A stretch of DNA of 64,000 nt from Mobula hypostoma (taxonomy: Eukaryota): positions 143,656,001-143,720,000 of the forward strand of contig NC_086097.1 in assembly GCF_963921235.1 (NCBI RefSeq). Direction: 5' to 3'. Below, one piece after another: positions 13,985-26,366 of the stretch. Position numbers and translations under genes: made by a program. The notes beneath the pieces were generated by a model. It was not told where the DNA came from, did not search any database, and saw only the letters and a program-made list of their open reading frames with translations. Positions within the stretch are counted from its first letter, which is position 1. Each line of letters starts with the position of its first letter.

Positions 13985-16225
13985 ATGGCAATTTAAAAAT
14001 TGTGGATCTGGACCAGCTGGAAAAATGGGCCGAAAATTTCCAAATGGAATTTAATGCAGACAAATGCGAGGTGTTGCATTGTAGTAGATCAACCAGGGTA
14101 GGTCTTACACAGTGAACAGTAGGGCACTGAAGAGTCTCGTAGAACAGAGGGAGCTGGGAATACAGGTACATAATTTATTGAAAGTGGCATCACAGGTCGA
14201 TAGGGTCATAAAGAAAGCTTTTGGCACATTGGCCTTCATAAATCAATGTCATCATCATCAGGTGCCATGCCCAGTTTGAGTTTTGACTGCCATGGTCCAC
14301 ACACTCCTGTTTCGGGTCAAGTGGATCAATTCATTGGTATTCATTTCCAGTTCTCTGGCTGCTGTCTCCATCATCATTTGTCTTTGCCTTCCTCTTGCTT
14401 TCTTCCCTTCAATCTTTCCCATAATTACCATGCATTCTAGCTCCTCTTTCCTAATCACATGTCCAATGAAGTTAAATTGCCTTTTCATGATCTCATACGT
14501 TATTTCTCTTTTTGTGTTTGCTCTGTTCATGACATCCTCATTAGATATTGGTTCCGCCCATGATATTCTTTGCATCCTCCTCAAAAACCACATCTCTGCT
14601 GCTTCAGTTCGTTTCCTCATGTTACTAGATATTGTCCAACATTCTGAGCCATGTAACAAAACTGGATAAATGTAACATTTCAGCACTCTGAGGTGGGTTG
14701 TCATGACTAGTTTAGTATTGGTCAGTAAACTCTTCATTCTCGTAAAGGTGTCTTTTGCCATCCCTATTCTTCTTTTGATGTCCAAGTCACACCTGCCATC
14801 TGACCTCAACCAGCTTCCTAGGTAGCAAAAGTTCTTTACTTGTTTTATGTCTTCCCCATTTATTCTCAGCCTGCAGATAGGATTCTCCTTCTTTTTGGAT
14901 ATCACCATACATTCTGACTTTTTACGATTGATAGATAGACCCATTTTTGCACTTTCTTCAACAACTATATCAATTAAGTTTTGTAGTTCTTCCTCCGTAC
15001 TTGTAATTAACATAGTATCATCCGCATATCTAAAGTTATTGATGTTTTCACCGCAAACTTTGATTCCCAAGTTGTCTTTTATTTTTTGTAATAAATTGTT
15101 TCACTGTACACATTAAACAAACCAGGGGAGAAAACACACCCTTGTCTAACGCCTCTCTTGATTTTCGTAACCTGACTCACTTCTCCATCTATTCTTAGAG
15201 CGGCAGTTTATTCCCAGTACAGATTTCTGATTAGGCAAAGGTCTTTTGAATCTAGATCTAGAGTTTCCTGTAATATTTTGAATAATTTATTGTGCTTCAC
15301 TTTATCAAATGCTTTTGTGTAGTCGATAAAACAAACAAATCTTTTTGCACTTCAATAGCTCATTCTGATAGTATCCTTAACATTAATATCGCGTTTCTTG
15401 TACCTTTGTCTTTCACAAAACCACATTGTTCTTTACCTATTTCAGCTTGTATCTTACTTTTAGCTCTTGTCATCAAAATTCTTAGAAGTATCTTGGTGAC
15501 ATGACTCATTAAACTTATGGTCCTATGTAATTCACATTCTATTGCTCCAGGTTTCTTAGGAAGAGTGATAAGTACTGATTTTTTCATCTCTTCTGGTATT
15601 ACTCCAGTCTCATAAATCAATGTATTGAGTTCAAAAGATGGGAAGTTAAGTTAAAGTTGTATGAGACATTGGTAAGGCCTAGTTTGGGGACTGTGTGCAG
15701 TTTTGGTCACTTGCCTACAGGAAAGATGTAAATAAGGTTGAAAGAGTGCAGAGAAAATTTACAAGGATACTGCTGGGACTGGAGGACCTGAGTTATAAGG
15801 AGAGATTGAATAGAATAGACAATATCCTTCGGAACATAGAAGATAGCGATGAGATTTGATAGAGGTATACAAAATTATGATGGATATAGATATAGTAAAT
15901 GTAAGCAGGTGTTTTACACTGAGATTGGTTGGGACTACAACTATAGGTCATAGGGTAAGGTTGAAAGGTGAAAAGTTTAAGGGAAACTTGAGGGGAGACT
16001 TGTTCATGCAGAAGGTTGTGAGAGTATGGGATGAGCTGCTAGCTCAAGTGGCGCATGTAAGCTCAATTTCAAAGTTTAAGAGAAGTTTGGATAGGTACAT
16101 GGGTGCTAGGCATATAAAGGGCTATGATCTGGAAGCAGGTCAATGGGAGTAGGCAGTTTAAATGGTTCAGCATGGACTAGATGGGCTGAAGGTCCTGTTT
16201 CTGATGCTGTACTTTTTTATGCCTG
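13985..16225 (+). mobile_element. CR1 LINE 3' region interrupted by an RTE insertion
   Basis: Same subfamily as 5195-7155; the frame ...LAFINQC / IEFKRWEVKLKLYETLVRP rejoins across 14250-15623. Confidence 0.88.
14250..15609 (-). mobile_element. 5'-truncated RTE-clade LINE
   Basis: RT motifs HRTISLMSHVTKILLRIL, EIGKEQCGF, INNFRYADDT, FCYLGS, AAEMWFLRRMQRISW, GKIEGKKARGRQR; (TGA)n tail; 14-bp TSD TCATAAATCAATGT (14236-14249 and 15610-15623). Confidence 0.93.
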
Positions 16226-17479
16226 TATGAAAGAAAAGGCAGAAAGTGAAAACGCGTGTATAGTAGGTAATTCAAAAGCCAAATCATAAATTACTCTTTA
16301 TTACAAAGGAATTCAACTACTGGAATAGAGTCTTGATGAAATTTTATATGCTTTATGTTGGATAAAATGTAGTTTTTCATCTTTTTACATAAGGATACCA
16401 CTTGCCTTAGATGTGAGGAAAATTGCAGATATGCAATTGATCAGCAGGAATGAGGTTTTGGTTCAAACAATCATCATAAATCAGGTTAGAAATTATCTGA
16501 GACTTTGTGTTGAAGATGAGCTGAGAAGGCATTTCTTCAATCCGTGAGTTCTAAATATTTGATACTCTTCACCCTAAACAGGACAATTGAATGTATACTC
16601 AAGGAAGTTCTGCAATTGACCTGCTAATCCTGAGATCATTCTCAGATAAACTGTGTATTGTGTACAATGGTAGGTTTGCAGAAATTATCTCGCTATCGTG
16701 GTCTAGTGTCTGAGTGAGCTGACTTGACTGGTTTGAACCAGAGTCAAAGAGAGTAAAGAGCCATAAATTACCAGTTGTCACTTGCAGCAGAAAGGCAAAA
16801 AGTGGATGTTGGTTTGGACCAAAGCTGATAAGAAGGTGTTCTAGGTCAGTCAGATAACCCATAGCCAATAATGTTGAAATGCATTTGAACTGCTAAGGAA
16901 TGAATATTAAAGAAAACACTTCAAATGCAAGTATAGTGATTACTCTCTCCAGAGACCCACCATCGCAGATGTGGACACATAGAGATCAGAGCGGGACCAC
17001 GAGGGACGCATGGCCTGCACTGACTCCTTCTACTGGTATTACCTTTTCTTTTCTTTGACTGCTCATGGAGTGTCACGAAAACTTAGTAGATGTGCACACA
17101 TTTGGTTCTGTAAATTCACATGCTCTTCTGTAGAGTCAATAAAGGTATTTGTCAGTAATTACAGATTCTCTCTGTGCCTCTCTGATCATTATTACTAAGG
17201 GATCCTTGTAACAGTACTCTATCACTGTTTGTTTAAAACAAAGATCTATAGACTTTTTAACTCCAAAAGATAAAGAAATATACAGGTAATGTGGGAAGGT
17301 GAATCCCATTACTGAATATTAAGGACAAATGGAAATTACTAACAGAGGCCTTGAGAAGCAAGAAATGGCAATTTATTGCGTCCACATCCCAAAATCCAAT
17401 AAGCTAACATACTTGTTGATCAAGTTTAGAAATAGAACACCTGAACTGACAGGGAAGTAAGATCATTGCCTCTGCACAT

Positions 17480-18785
17480 CAACCCACAACTATCCTCCTT
17501 ATCTCAAACTTAGGACTGAATAGAGGATTCTTTCTACAAAAAAAATATTGCCTTTTAGGCATTTACAGCATGCATCCAATGAAACCTTTGATAAATACAT
17601 TTCAATTAAAAGGAAGTTCACTGGAAGTCCTTCATGTAAAAGCTGGAAAATTTGGGGCTAGAACAGGTGGAGAGGCTGTAGTAACTACTAGAGATCCCTA
17701 TTAGTGGAAGGATTATAATAAAAGGACAGAAGAGAGGCCAAACGAGTAGTGGTCTTAATTTCAGAGAGGAGCCATTTCATCTTCTTCTTGAAGGACTGGT
17801 AGAGAGCGGACAGATCTGTGCTGGAGTTGACCAGAGACAGTTTGTAGAGGGATAATGTCAGAAGAATCTAAGATTCAGGGAAAAGAAACAGAGGAAGAGG
17901 TTAAAAAAAGAGAGGTGATCAGAACTAGGAATCTAAAACATTTTGTTTTTTTTCTGGTGTTTATTTTTTCTACATAAATTCCTGTTCTTATTATTATCAG
18001 GATGAACCCTTCAAAAGTCATGTCAAATGATATCAATGACTCTATTGTTATCATAAATTTTAGTTGCCTCTTCATACAACTCCAGCATATGAGTAAAACA
18101 TGATTTCCCCTTTCTGAACCCATGTTGGCAATCTGATAACATGCCTGTTCTTATCAGTGGCTTTTGCCTCTCATCCTTTATTCTTGTTTCCATTACCTTG
18201 CCTGCAATATATGTTAAGCTTACTGGTCTATAGTTACCAGGGTCAGTACAGTCACCCCTCTTATACACTGGGACAATGTTAGCCCATTTCCAGTCCTTAA
18301 GGATTTCACCAGTCCTCAATGACTTTCGAAAAATACATAATTGGATGTGTATATATAATCACAGAACTCCTTAAGTACTGTTGGATGTATGTTGTCTGAC
18401 CCTGGAGACTTATTAACATGCAGCCTTTTCAGCTGAAGCAGAACCTCACTTCCTAAGATTTCTAAGTCAACTAAAACAACCTTATTTTTTCTCTACACAT
18501 ACTGGCATATTGTTAACATCTTCACAGATGAATACTTCAGCAAAATTTGAGTTAAGAATATCCGTTATGTCCTTCTCTGCATAATTTAACATCCTACTAT
18601 TATCCCTAATACACTTAACTTTCTCCTTGACTTTTCTTTTACTATTAAAGTGTTGAAAAAATCTTTTAGGGTCAATGGCGGTGCTGGCTCGAAGGGCCGA
18701 ATGGCCTACTCCTGCACCTATCTATTATCTTAGCATTATGAGCAATATCCCTCTCTACCTGCCCTTTGGCAACCTGAATTTCCCT
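17480..18785 (-). mobile_element. CR1/L2-group LINE, RT N-terminal region and 3' remnant, internally deleted
   Basis: DWKWANIVPVYKRGDCTDPGNYRPVSLT...QHGFRKGKSC at 18023-18319. Confidence 0.75.
18674..18727 (+). mobile_element. About 55-bp 3' tip of the young CR1 family, inserted in an older LINE
   Basis: aatggcggtgctggctcgaagggccgaatggcctactcctgcaccta is near-identical to 9311-9357. Confidence 0.85.
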
Positions 18786-19304
18786 CGACTATAGCTCTCA
18801 TTTACTATAATTTACAGTTTTTATTATTGTGTATTGGAATGTACTGCTGCCGCATAACAACAAATTTCTTGACATATGCCAGTGATATTAAACCTGATCT
18901 GATTCTGATTAAGTTCTGGAGCCAAAATACAGATCCACAGGGACTGTAAATCCTTCATTGTCTCAACAAACCTATTACATCTTTCTGAAGAGTATCATAA
19001 CCTGGCTGGTCTTTTCTAAACTCTTGGCACACAGACGGTACATATGAATTAATTTGTACAAACATTTTCCGATGGCCATACCCAGACGAAATACTCAAGA
19101 ACTTGCAATTATACAAACAATTTCATACACATACATGCAGACACAAACTCTCGCAAGTTTGCAGTGGTACGCACGCAAGGGATTCATCTAGAATATACAT
19201 GGACGCAGATCCACATGTACAGTACTGTATTTGCATACATAAATATGACACTATATGTATGCTAAAACACACATCTGTGCACACTTGCCATGCAAACACA
19301 TAGA

Positions 19305-19762
19305 TTAAGAGCAGGACTTGCCCATCTGCTCAGCCATCCAATGGAATTATTGTTAATTTGAGTGCAACCACATTCCTCATAATCTCTCATCCTGTTTCTG
19401 ATCAAGCATCTTGCCTACTTCCGTCTTACAAGACTTTGTTTGCCTGACTCTTTGTAGAAAAGAATTCCAAAGACATACCATCCTCTTTGAAAATAGCTGA
19501 TCCCTCATTTTTACAGAGAATTTTAGTTCTAGATTTTCCACAAGAAGAAATATCTTCGCCCACCCTGGCAAAAACTCTTGGGATTTTATGCGTTCCATCG
19601 TTTTCCTTCTCACTCTTCTAAACTCCAGTGGATTCCAGCTAAACCTGCTCAATCTTTCCTCATAAGACAATCCTTCTATCAAGTAAACCGTCTCTGAATT
19701 GCTTTCAATGTATAATTTATAAGCTCCCTTAAATAAGGGGGCCAATACTGTACACAACATCC
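19305..19762 (-). mobile_element. Old CR1 3' fragment
   Basis: GLSYEERLSRFSWNPLEFRRVR...RMVCLWNSF. Confidence 0.7.
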
Positions 19763-20264
19763 CCAGTTCATGTTTCGGCTAAGCATCCCAGAATAAAAAT
19801 ACTGCCTGTGTTATTTTATAAACTGTCTTCATCTCCAACCCAGAATATCAAATCCAGTTGTTTCAACTGCTGATTCAGCTCTGATCAGCTTGCTAAACAC
19901 GAACTGTTCAAACCTTAAAGGCTCCACAGGAATTTTAACCCCAGGGCACCTCAAATAGAAGCATTTCAATTAGCTACAGCAGCAGAGGAGGAAGGTAAGT
20001 GCTGATGTGACGGTGGTCTAATAGTGAAGTACATAAACCAGAGTAAGGGAAACATGAAAGCAGTCACGTTTAATTAGATGGTGAAGTAATGAAGTGAAAC
20101 ATCTGATAAAATCTGATTTAATCTTTAGCATATGACAGGCTAATTTCCATATTTATATATATGAGCCATCAGGCAGATTCTGTAGCACTAGAGCTGTATC
20201 ATAATAAAACCATCATGGCACAGAAGCATGTCCTTCAACCCATCATGTCTGTGTCTGTGTTACT

Positions 20265-20665
20265 GTCTATTATGCTGCTGCCATTTAGGGCAGCAATGAA
20301 GATCTTCCATCTCTGGCGGTGTTCAGGGCTTCCTTCATCATGTTGGTAGCTTCCTCTCTGCTTTCACCACTGTCAGTCATGCAAGTCCCGGGTGGAGACG
20401 CAGGAATTCCATCCCACTCAGAAGTAGGAGGATTCTTCATTGCTGTTTCTGTAACAATTTTGTTTTTCTGGTCAGTATTGTTAGCCCTGATTTGGATGCC
20501 CGAATCTGGAGGACCGGTGGAACATTCGTAGTCTAGCCTCTACCTTCTGACTTGTTTAGCATGGTTGACCCTATCAAGAGCCAAAGGATAAAGCCCTGAC
20601 TCCAACCAACGTAGTTCTCTGTGTCATTAAGGCATGCAAGTCTCCAAACTATGACAATGTTGCAG
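20265..20665 (-). mobile_element. Probable RTE-type LINE or RTE-related SINE 3' fragment
   Basis: The minus strand ends ...agatggaagatcttcattgctgccctaaatggcagcagcataatag, resembling recalled RTE 3' ends. Confidence 0.4.
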
Positions 20666-21260
20666 TCCTTTTCGAGGATGTCCGTGTCTATCCCAGGTAG
20701 AACAGGCATCCTATTTCCCATCTCTTTCCCCCTAACTTTGAACGTTATTCTGCCTTATGAACCTACCCAATCCTCTTCTGAAAGCCCTGATTGACTGTAT
20801 TTCTACCAGCCTTACAGTCAATAAGTTCCAGATTGTAACTACATCCTGCATGAAAATCCCCATTTCCTCACATACTATGGTGGTGGTGTGTTATGTTACC
20901 AGACTAAAAATAGAAAGCCCAGAATTAAACATTCACAGGCATAAATTCATATTCTATAGTGTAAGATGCTACTTCAATATTAAATTAATAATCTGGAAGT
21001 AAACAAAATGCAACTAGCTTCAGAAATAATGGCTATAAAACTGCTGGATTGTCATAAAAAGCTATCTGGTTCACAATGCCCTTCCATTCTTACCCAGTCT
21101 GTCCTACACGTGACTTCAGACTTGCAGCAAGTTGGCTGACTGTTAAGCAACTTTGTGAAGAACTCTGTTGTTGAATCAGAGCATACCAAAGAGAAAAAGA
21201 AAAAGAGTAAAGAGGTCTGCCCAACATCAATCCAAATGCTGTCTAAATAGAGATCAGTCC

Positions 21261-21299
21261 TATTGTGTATTTAATATTTCAGTAGTATTTGTGTAATCT

Positions 21300-21333
<34 letters not shown>

Positions 21334-21529
21334 GTTTAATTAAACCTTCTTGTTTGGTTAAATAATCATTATGGGTTATATGTAAGAATATGTGAATTGT
21401 ATATGCCATCATGCTACCACATGATAGACACACGCCTCACTTAAAGTAAACACAAATTTAGACCCAAATTTGGGACTCCCATGTCTTCCTTTGAATTAAT
21501 TTAATGTTTTGAAGTTATAAAACATAACA
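21261..21529 (+). mobile_element. Probable solo LTR (~270 bp) containing a (GT)n(AT)n microsatellite at 21301-21332
   Basis: Termini TATTGTG...CATAACA (decayed TGTT...AACA); flanks agtcc/tgccc match at only 3 of 5 positions. Confidence 0.4.
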
Positions 21530-21934
21530 TGCCCCATCGTTGGCCAGGCAACATTCAGACAGAATTGTATACACAGAATCATAGCTTACAATCAATCTGC
21601 CAAACTTCTTCACCACCGTCTATAAGCAAGACTCAGCACAGTAGAAAGCAGGTGAGAGGAAGTAATTTTGTGAGCCTTTGTCATTGCTGGCAGAGGTCAT
21701 GAAGTCTCATGGCAGCAGGTCAAATATGTCAAGGAAACTTCCCCTGAATTATTACCTATCATTCTCTCTCAGCTGATGAATCACCTTGACAAAACATTTG
21801 CAGTAAGCTCTGGAATAGCCAGTCCAAAGCATGTACCTTGTCTAGAGGAGTTTACCAAGAATGGCTTGATAGCGTTCTACTGACTGAACTGAAAGCTGAA
21901 AAGCATGACCGTCTAGAAGATTTTAAAGAAAACA

Positions 21935-22252
21935 AGATTAGCTTTATTTGTCAGATGTACATCAGAACATACAGTGAAATGTGTCATCTGAGTCACATCA
22001 AGTCAGTGAGCACTGTACTGGGCGGCTCGCAAGTGTCGCCACGCTTCTGTGTGACAATGTAGCATGCTCACAAATTATTAAGCCTAACCTTACATCTTTA
22101 GAATGTGGAAGGAAACGGGACTACCCGGAGGAACCCTCACAGTTACAGGGAGAACATGCAAGCTCCTTGCTGAAAGCGGCTGAAATTAAGCCTTGATCCT
22201 ACAGCTGGCTGCTGTGAATTGTTGCGCTAACTGCTACACCACCGTGCCGCCC
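21935..22252 (-). mobile_element. tRNA-derived V-domain SINE
   Basis: V-domain ggagcttgcatgttctccctgtaactgtgagggttcctccgggtagtcccgtttcc; tail gacaaataaagctaatct. Confidence 0.75.
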
Positions 22253-23114
22253 CATCTAACTGGGTCTTTGACAGATAGTGAGCCAACCAATACCTGGGAT
22301 TGTCTTACCTGACCTTCTGCTAACCAGCCTACCTGTGGCGGATGCACTGTCCCTGGTAGCTGAGGAAGCAACGATGACCACGTGGTCCTTGTAGGAGCAA
22401 AGTCCTATCTTCTTACCAAGGACATCATCATGTTGTGTGGAACTACAATTGTGCTAAATGGGAAAGACTCAGAACGTATCTGACTGCTAGAAATAGGCAC
22501 CTAGGAGGTGCTCTTGACTTTCTGCAGCAGCATCAGTACACATCTTTGACTCATAACTCCTGTAAGTAAGCCAAGGAATCATTCCTGGTTCAATGAGACG
22601 CTGCTTGGAACAATATTAATCCTACTTAAACATGAGGTGCCAGCCTGGTGAAGCTGCAGCACATGACTCTGTGTGCTGAAGAGCAAACAGAACAAGCAAT
22701 TGATAAAACTAAACCAAGAGATCAGAGAAAGGCTCTGTAAGTGCTGATGTAAAATGAATTAACTAATGTGAAAAGGAGAGTCTAAGAACATCCCCATACT
22801 CAGTGATGGTACGGCTTAGACTGTTCATTTGTCCCACCACTGGTACATCGCTGCTGCCATCCACACCATTTCCATCTAAGGTACCAGGACAATGCCGAAA
22901 TTTGCAGTCTTTAACACCAGGAATGACAGAGGCAACAGGCACATAGACTGCAGGTTCCCCTCAAGCAACATCCCCACTTGTCTTGGAACTGCTGTCTGCT
23001 GTGATTCAATCAATGTCACTGGGTCTAAAAACCAAAATTCACGACTCAATGGCAATTTGGTAGTAACTTCACCAGAAGGATTGCATCAGGTTAAGAGAGC
23101 ATAAGCAGAAGAGA

Positions 23115-23750
23115 GTCTTCAGATGCTGGAAATCCAGAGCAACACATTCAAATTGCTGGGGGAACTCAGCAGGTCAAGCTGTATCTATGGAAGGGAATAA
23201 ACAGTCAGAGTTTCAGGCTGAGTTCATTCATCAGGCCTGGAAAGAAAGGGTGCAGAAGCTAAAAAAAGAAGATGTGGGGGAGGAGAAGGAGTACAGGCTG
23301 GCAGGTGATAGGTTAGACCAGCTGAGCGGAAAGGTGGACTGGTGGGGTTGGAGGGGGGGTGATGAAGTGAGAAGCTGGGACATGATAGGTGAAGAGGTAA
23401 AGGACTGAAGAAGAAGGAATCTGATAGGACCATGGGAGAAAGGGAAGGAGGAAGGGCCACCAGAGAGAGGGGAGGGGAAGGTGTGGAGAAGGGTAAGGGG
23501 GGAACGTTAATGGGGAATGGAAAATAGAGAAGGCTGAAGAAGGAGAAATTACCAGAAGTCAGAGAAATTGATGTTCATGCCACCAGCTTGGAGGCTACTC
23601 AGATAAAATATGAGGTGTTGCTCCGTCAACCTGAGAGTGAATTCTTCATGACAGTGGAAGAGGCCATGGACCAATATGTTGGAATAGGAATGGGAATTAT
23701 ATAGGTGGCCACCAAGAAATCCGCCTGTTGTAGCAGATGGAGTGAAGGTC
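23115..23750 (-). mobile_element. Older Penelope-like element 3' fragment
   Basis: Colinear with 53963-54600: GIY-YIG C-terminal remnant, polypurine tract on +, decayed hammerhead core (CTGATGA at 23228-23234). Confidence 0.85.
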
Positions 23751-24474
23751 AGATTCTCAAGAGCAAGTTGGTATAAACAATGAATATTGGCCTTGCCTGC
23801 AGTATTACATTTTGGAAAATAAAAATGAATGCAAAGAAATTCCCTTTCTATCTTTTTCCCAAGCTTTCTTTTTGGCTTTCAACAATGGGTCTTTAACCAT
23901 CCACTAATAGGAATGGCTTCCTTCTCTGTTTTCCTCACCTGAGCAGTTATCAGTCTTTATTAATCCAAAGAAAACAATCCAGTTTATTTCAAGTCTAATC
24001 TCACAGCTTTATCCCTTGAATAGTTCCAGACAATATTTTATGCACCAACTTCAGGACCTTCAGAACTTTTCTGAGCAAAAAAAAATTGGTCACAATATTC
24101 TAGCTGTGACTTAACCAGACATTACCTCCCTGATTATAGGCTTTATGCCTTTACTTATGACTCTCAGAATCCCATTTGTTTTATTAAGCAAAATCTGATC
24201 ATGTCCTGTCTCTTTCAAAGATTTACCGATATAAATCCTCTGTGCTCCATTTTCTACTTTCTCTTATATATATTTGGCATCGACTATTCTTTTTTGCCTT
24301 GCACTGTTTTGTTTCTTTAATTAAAATATTTCATATTATCCAAACTTTCACTTAATTTTCATAAACTGCTGGTGATGAGCAGTTGATGCTCCAACTATCA
24401 AAGACCTTGCACTCAAACATTAATTGAAAAGACATAGCGATTTGAGTTTTGTGGATTGTGAATAGTTAGCTCAC

Positions 24475-24624
24475 CTCCCGGCATCTCTGTCAGCTCATTT
24501 AGTGGAGGGACATTATCCAAAGTGTTGGCATACTTCTTTGCAGCCTGACGCTGGGCATAACGGGCTTCAATTTCCTTCTTTGTCCTAGGTATCCGACACT
24601 TGAAGATGCAACATAGAACGATTA
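24475..24624 (-). CDS. tmie: TMIE coding exon (equivalent to human exon 3): end of TM helix and juxtamembrane cytoplasmic domain
   Basis: 150 nt. Acceptor ctttctatttcttttcag|TA, donor GGA G|gtgagc (phase 1-1). Joins the upstream exon in frame (A+TA=Ile). Encodes [50 protein letters not shown] versus recalled human [50 protein letters not shown]. Confidence 0.95.
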
Positions 24625-25199
24625 CTGAAAAGAAATAGAAAGATCTCAAGACTTTTTTTGAATAAAGAAGCTTGCTGGTTATTGAATGGTTGCAGTATTT
24701 GGCCTTGTGTCATAAATGCATCAAGCCAAGCCCTTATCTAGACGTAAGCATGAAATCTAAGATGACCCTTCATTGGACTAGAGGTCCTCATTGCATTCCC
24801 AAGTGGGTGGCAAAAATCCACCAGTACTATTTTTACCTTTAGGGTCTTCTTTACATCACAGACTAGTTACTTTAATAATCTGCTCTCCAAGTCCCTGTAG
24901 TTTGAAATCTGGCTCATGTTTGTGATGCTCCCTTTCCTCTTCCTAGGATACTGGTTTCTGCAATCCTTTCCAATTGCCAGGTGCCCAGTTTGGTGCCAGA
25001 TACCAGGGACTTGATTCTCATCTTCCTTCCATTCACCAGCACATGGTCCACGTGCTCCATTGCCATTAACTAGGGCTCTGGTTCCCATGTTCCTTTGTCA
25101 CTTGCCATGGCTCCAGTTCCTTTAAATTTTCCCAATTCACTGGAAAACATATTAGAATACTACCTAATATCTTTAAAAAACGAGGTAATAGTTAGAGCA

Positions 25200-26192
25200 T
25201 AAGACCATAAGACATAGGAGCAGAATTAGGCCATTCAGCCCATCAAGTCCGCTCTGCCACTTCATCATGGCTGATCCCATTCAACCCCATACACCTGCCC
25301 TCTCACCATATCCCTTGAATGCCCCGATCAATCAGGAATCTATCAACTTCCGCTTTAAGTATACCCATAGACTTGGCCTTCACCGCAGTCTGTGGCAGAG
25401 CATTCCACAGATTCACCACTCGTTGGCTAAAAAAATTCTCTATTCCAAAAGATTGCCCCTCAATTTTGAGGCTGTACCCTCTAGTACTGGATACATCCAC
25501 CAGAGGAAACATCCTCTCCACATCCACCTTATCTAGTCTTTTCAACACTCAGTAGGTTTCAATGAGATCCCCTCTCATTCTTCTAAATTCCAGTGAGTAC
25601 AGGCCCAAACCTGCCAAACGCTCCTCATATGTTAGCTCCTGAATTTCCGGAATCATCCTCGTGAATCTCCTCTGGACTTTCTCCAATGACAACACATCCT
25701 TTCTGAGATAAGGAGCCGAAAACTGTTGACAGTGCAGCCTAACTAGTGTCTTATAAAGCCTCAACATTATCTCCTTGTTTTTATATTTTATTCCCCTTGA
25801 AATAAATACCAACACTGCTTTTGCCTTCTTTACCACAGACTCAACCTGTGAATTAACCTGTTTGGGAGTCTTGCACGAGGACTCCTAAGTCCTTTGCACC
25901 TCTGATGTTTGAATTTTCTCCTCATTTCGATAATAATCTGCACTATTATTCCTTTTACCAAAATGCATTAGCATACGTTTCCCAACACTGTATTCCATCT
26001 GCCACTTTTTTGCCTATTTTTCCAATTTGTCTGAGTCCTGCTACAATTGCATTGTTTCCTCAGTACTACCTACACCTCCACCTGTCTTCGTTTCATCCAC
26101 AAACTTTGCCACAAAGTCATCAATTCCAATGATCTAAACCATTGACAAACAATGTGAAAATCAGTGGACCCAATACTGACCCCTGAGGAACA
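25200..26192 (-). mobile_element. CR1 LINE 3' region
   Basis: ISRGIKYKNKEIMLRLYKTLVR...EKVQRRFTRMIP; FFSQRVVNLWNALP; tail aagaccataagacataggagcagaa on +. Confidence 0.9.
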
Positions 26193-26366
26193 CATAGTTG
26201 TCGGGGATTAACAGAAATGAGATCAAATCATTCACATAATCTGCTACTCTGGCACCACCAATGTCCCAGATATGCAGATTATTATAGGGTTTAGTCTGGA
26301 TGATAGCAAATACCACTTTTGGCTCTGCATCATCTGTAACTTATGCTAGCAAAATCAGGAACAATC

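Noticed and set aside
16160..16252. Strong minus-strand acceptor (ctgccttttctttcatacag) as a TMIE terminal exon
   Set aside because: It reads straight into an antisense CR1 tail with no TMIE similarity.
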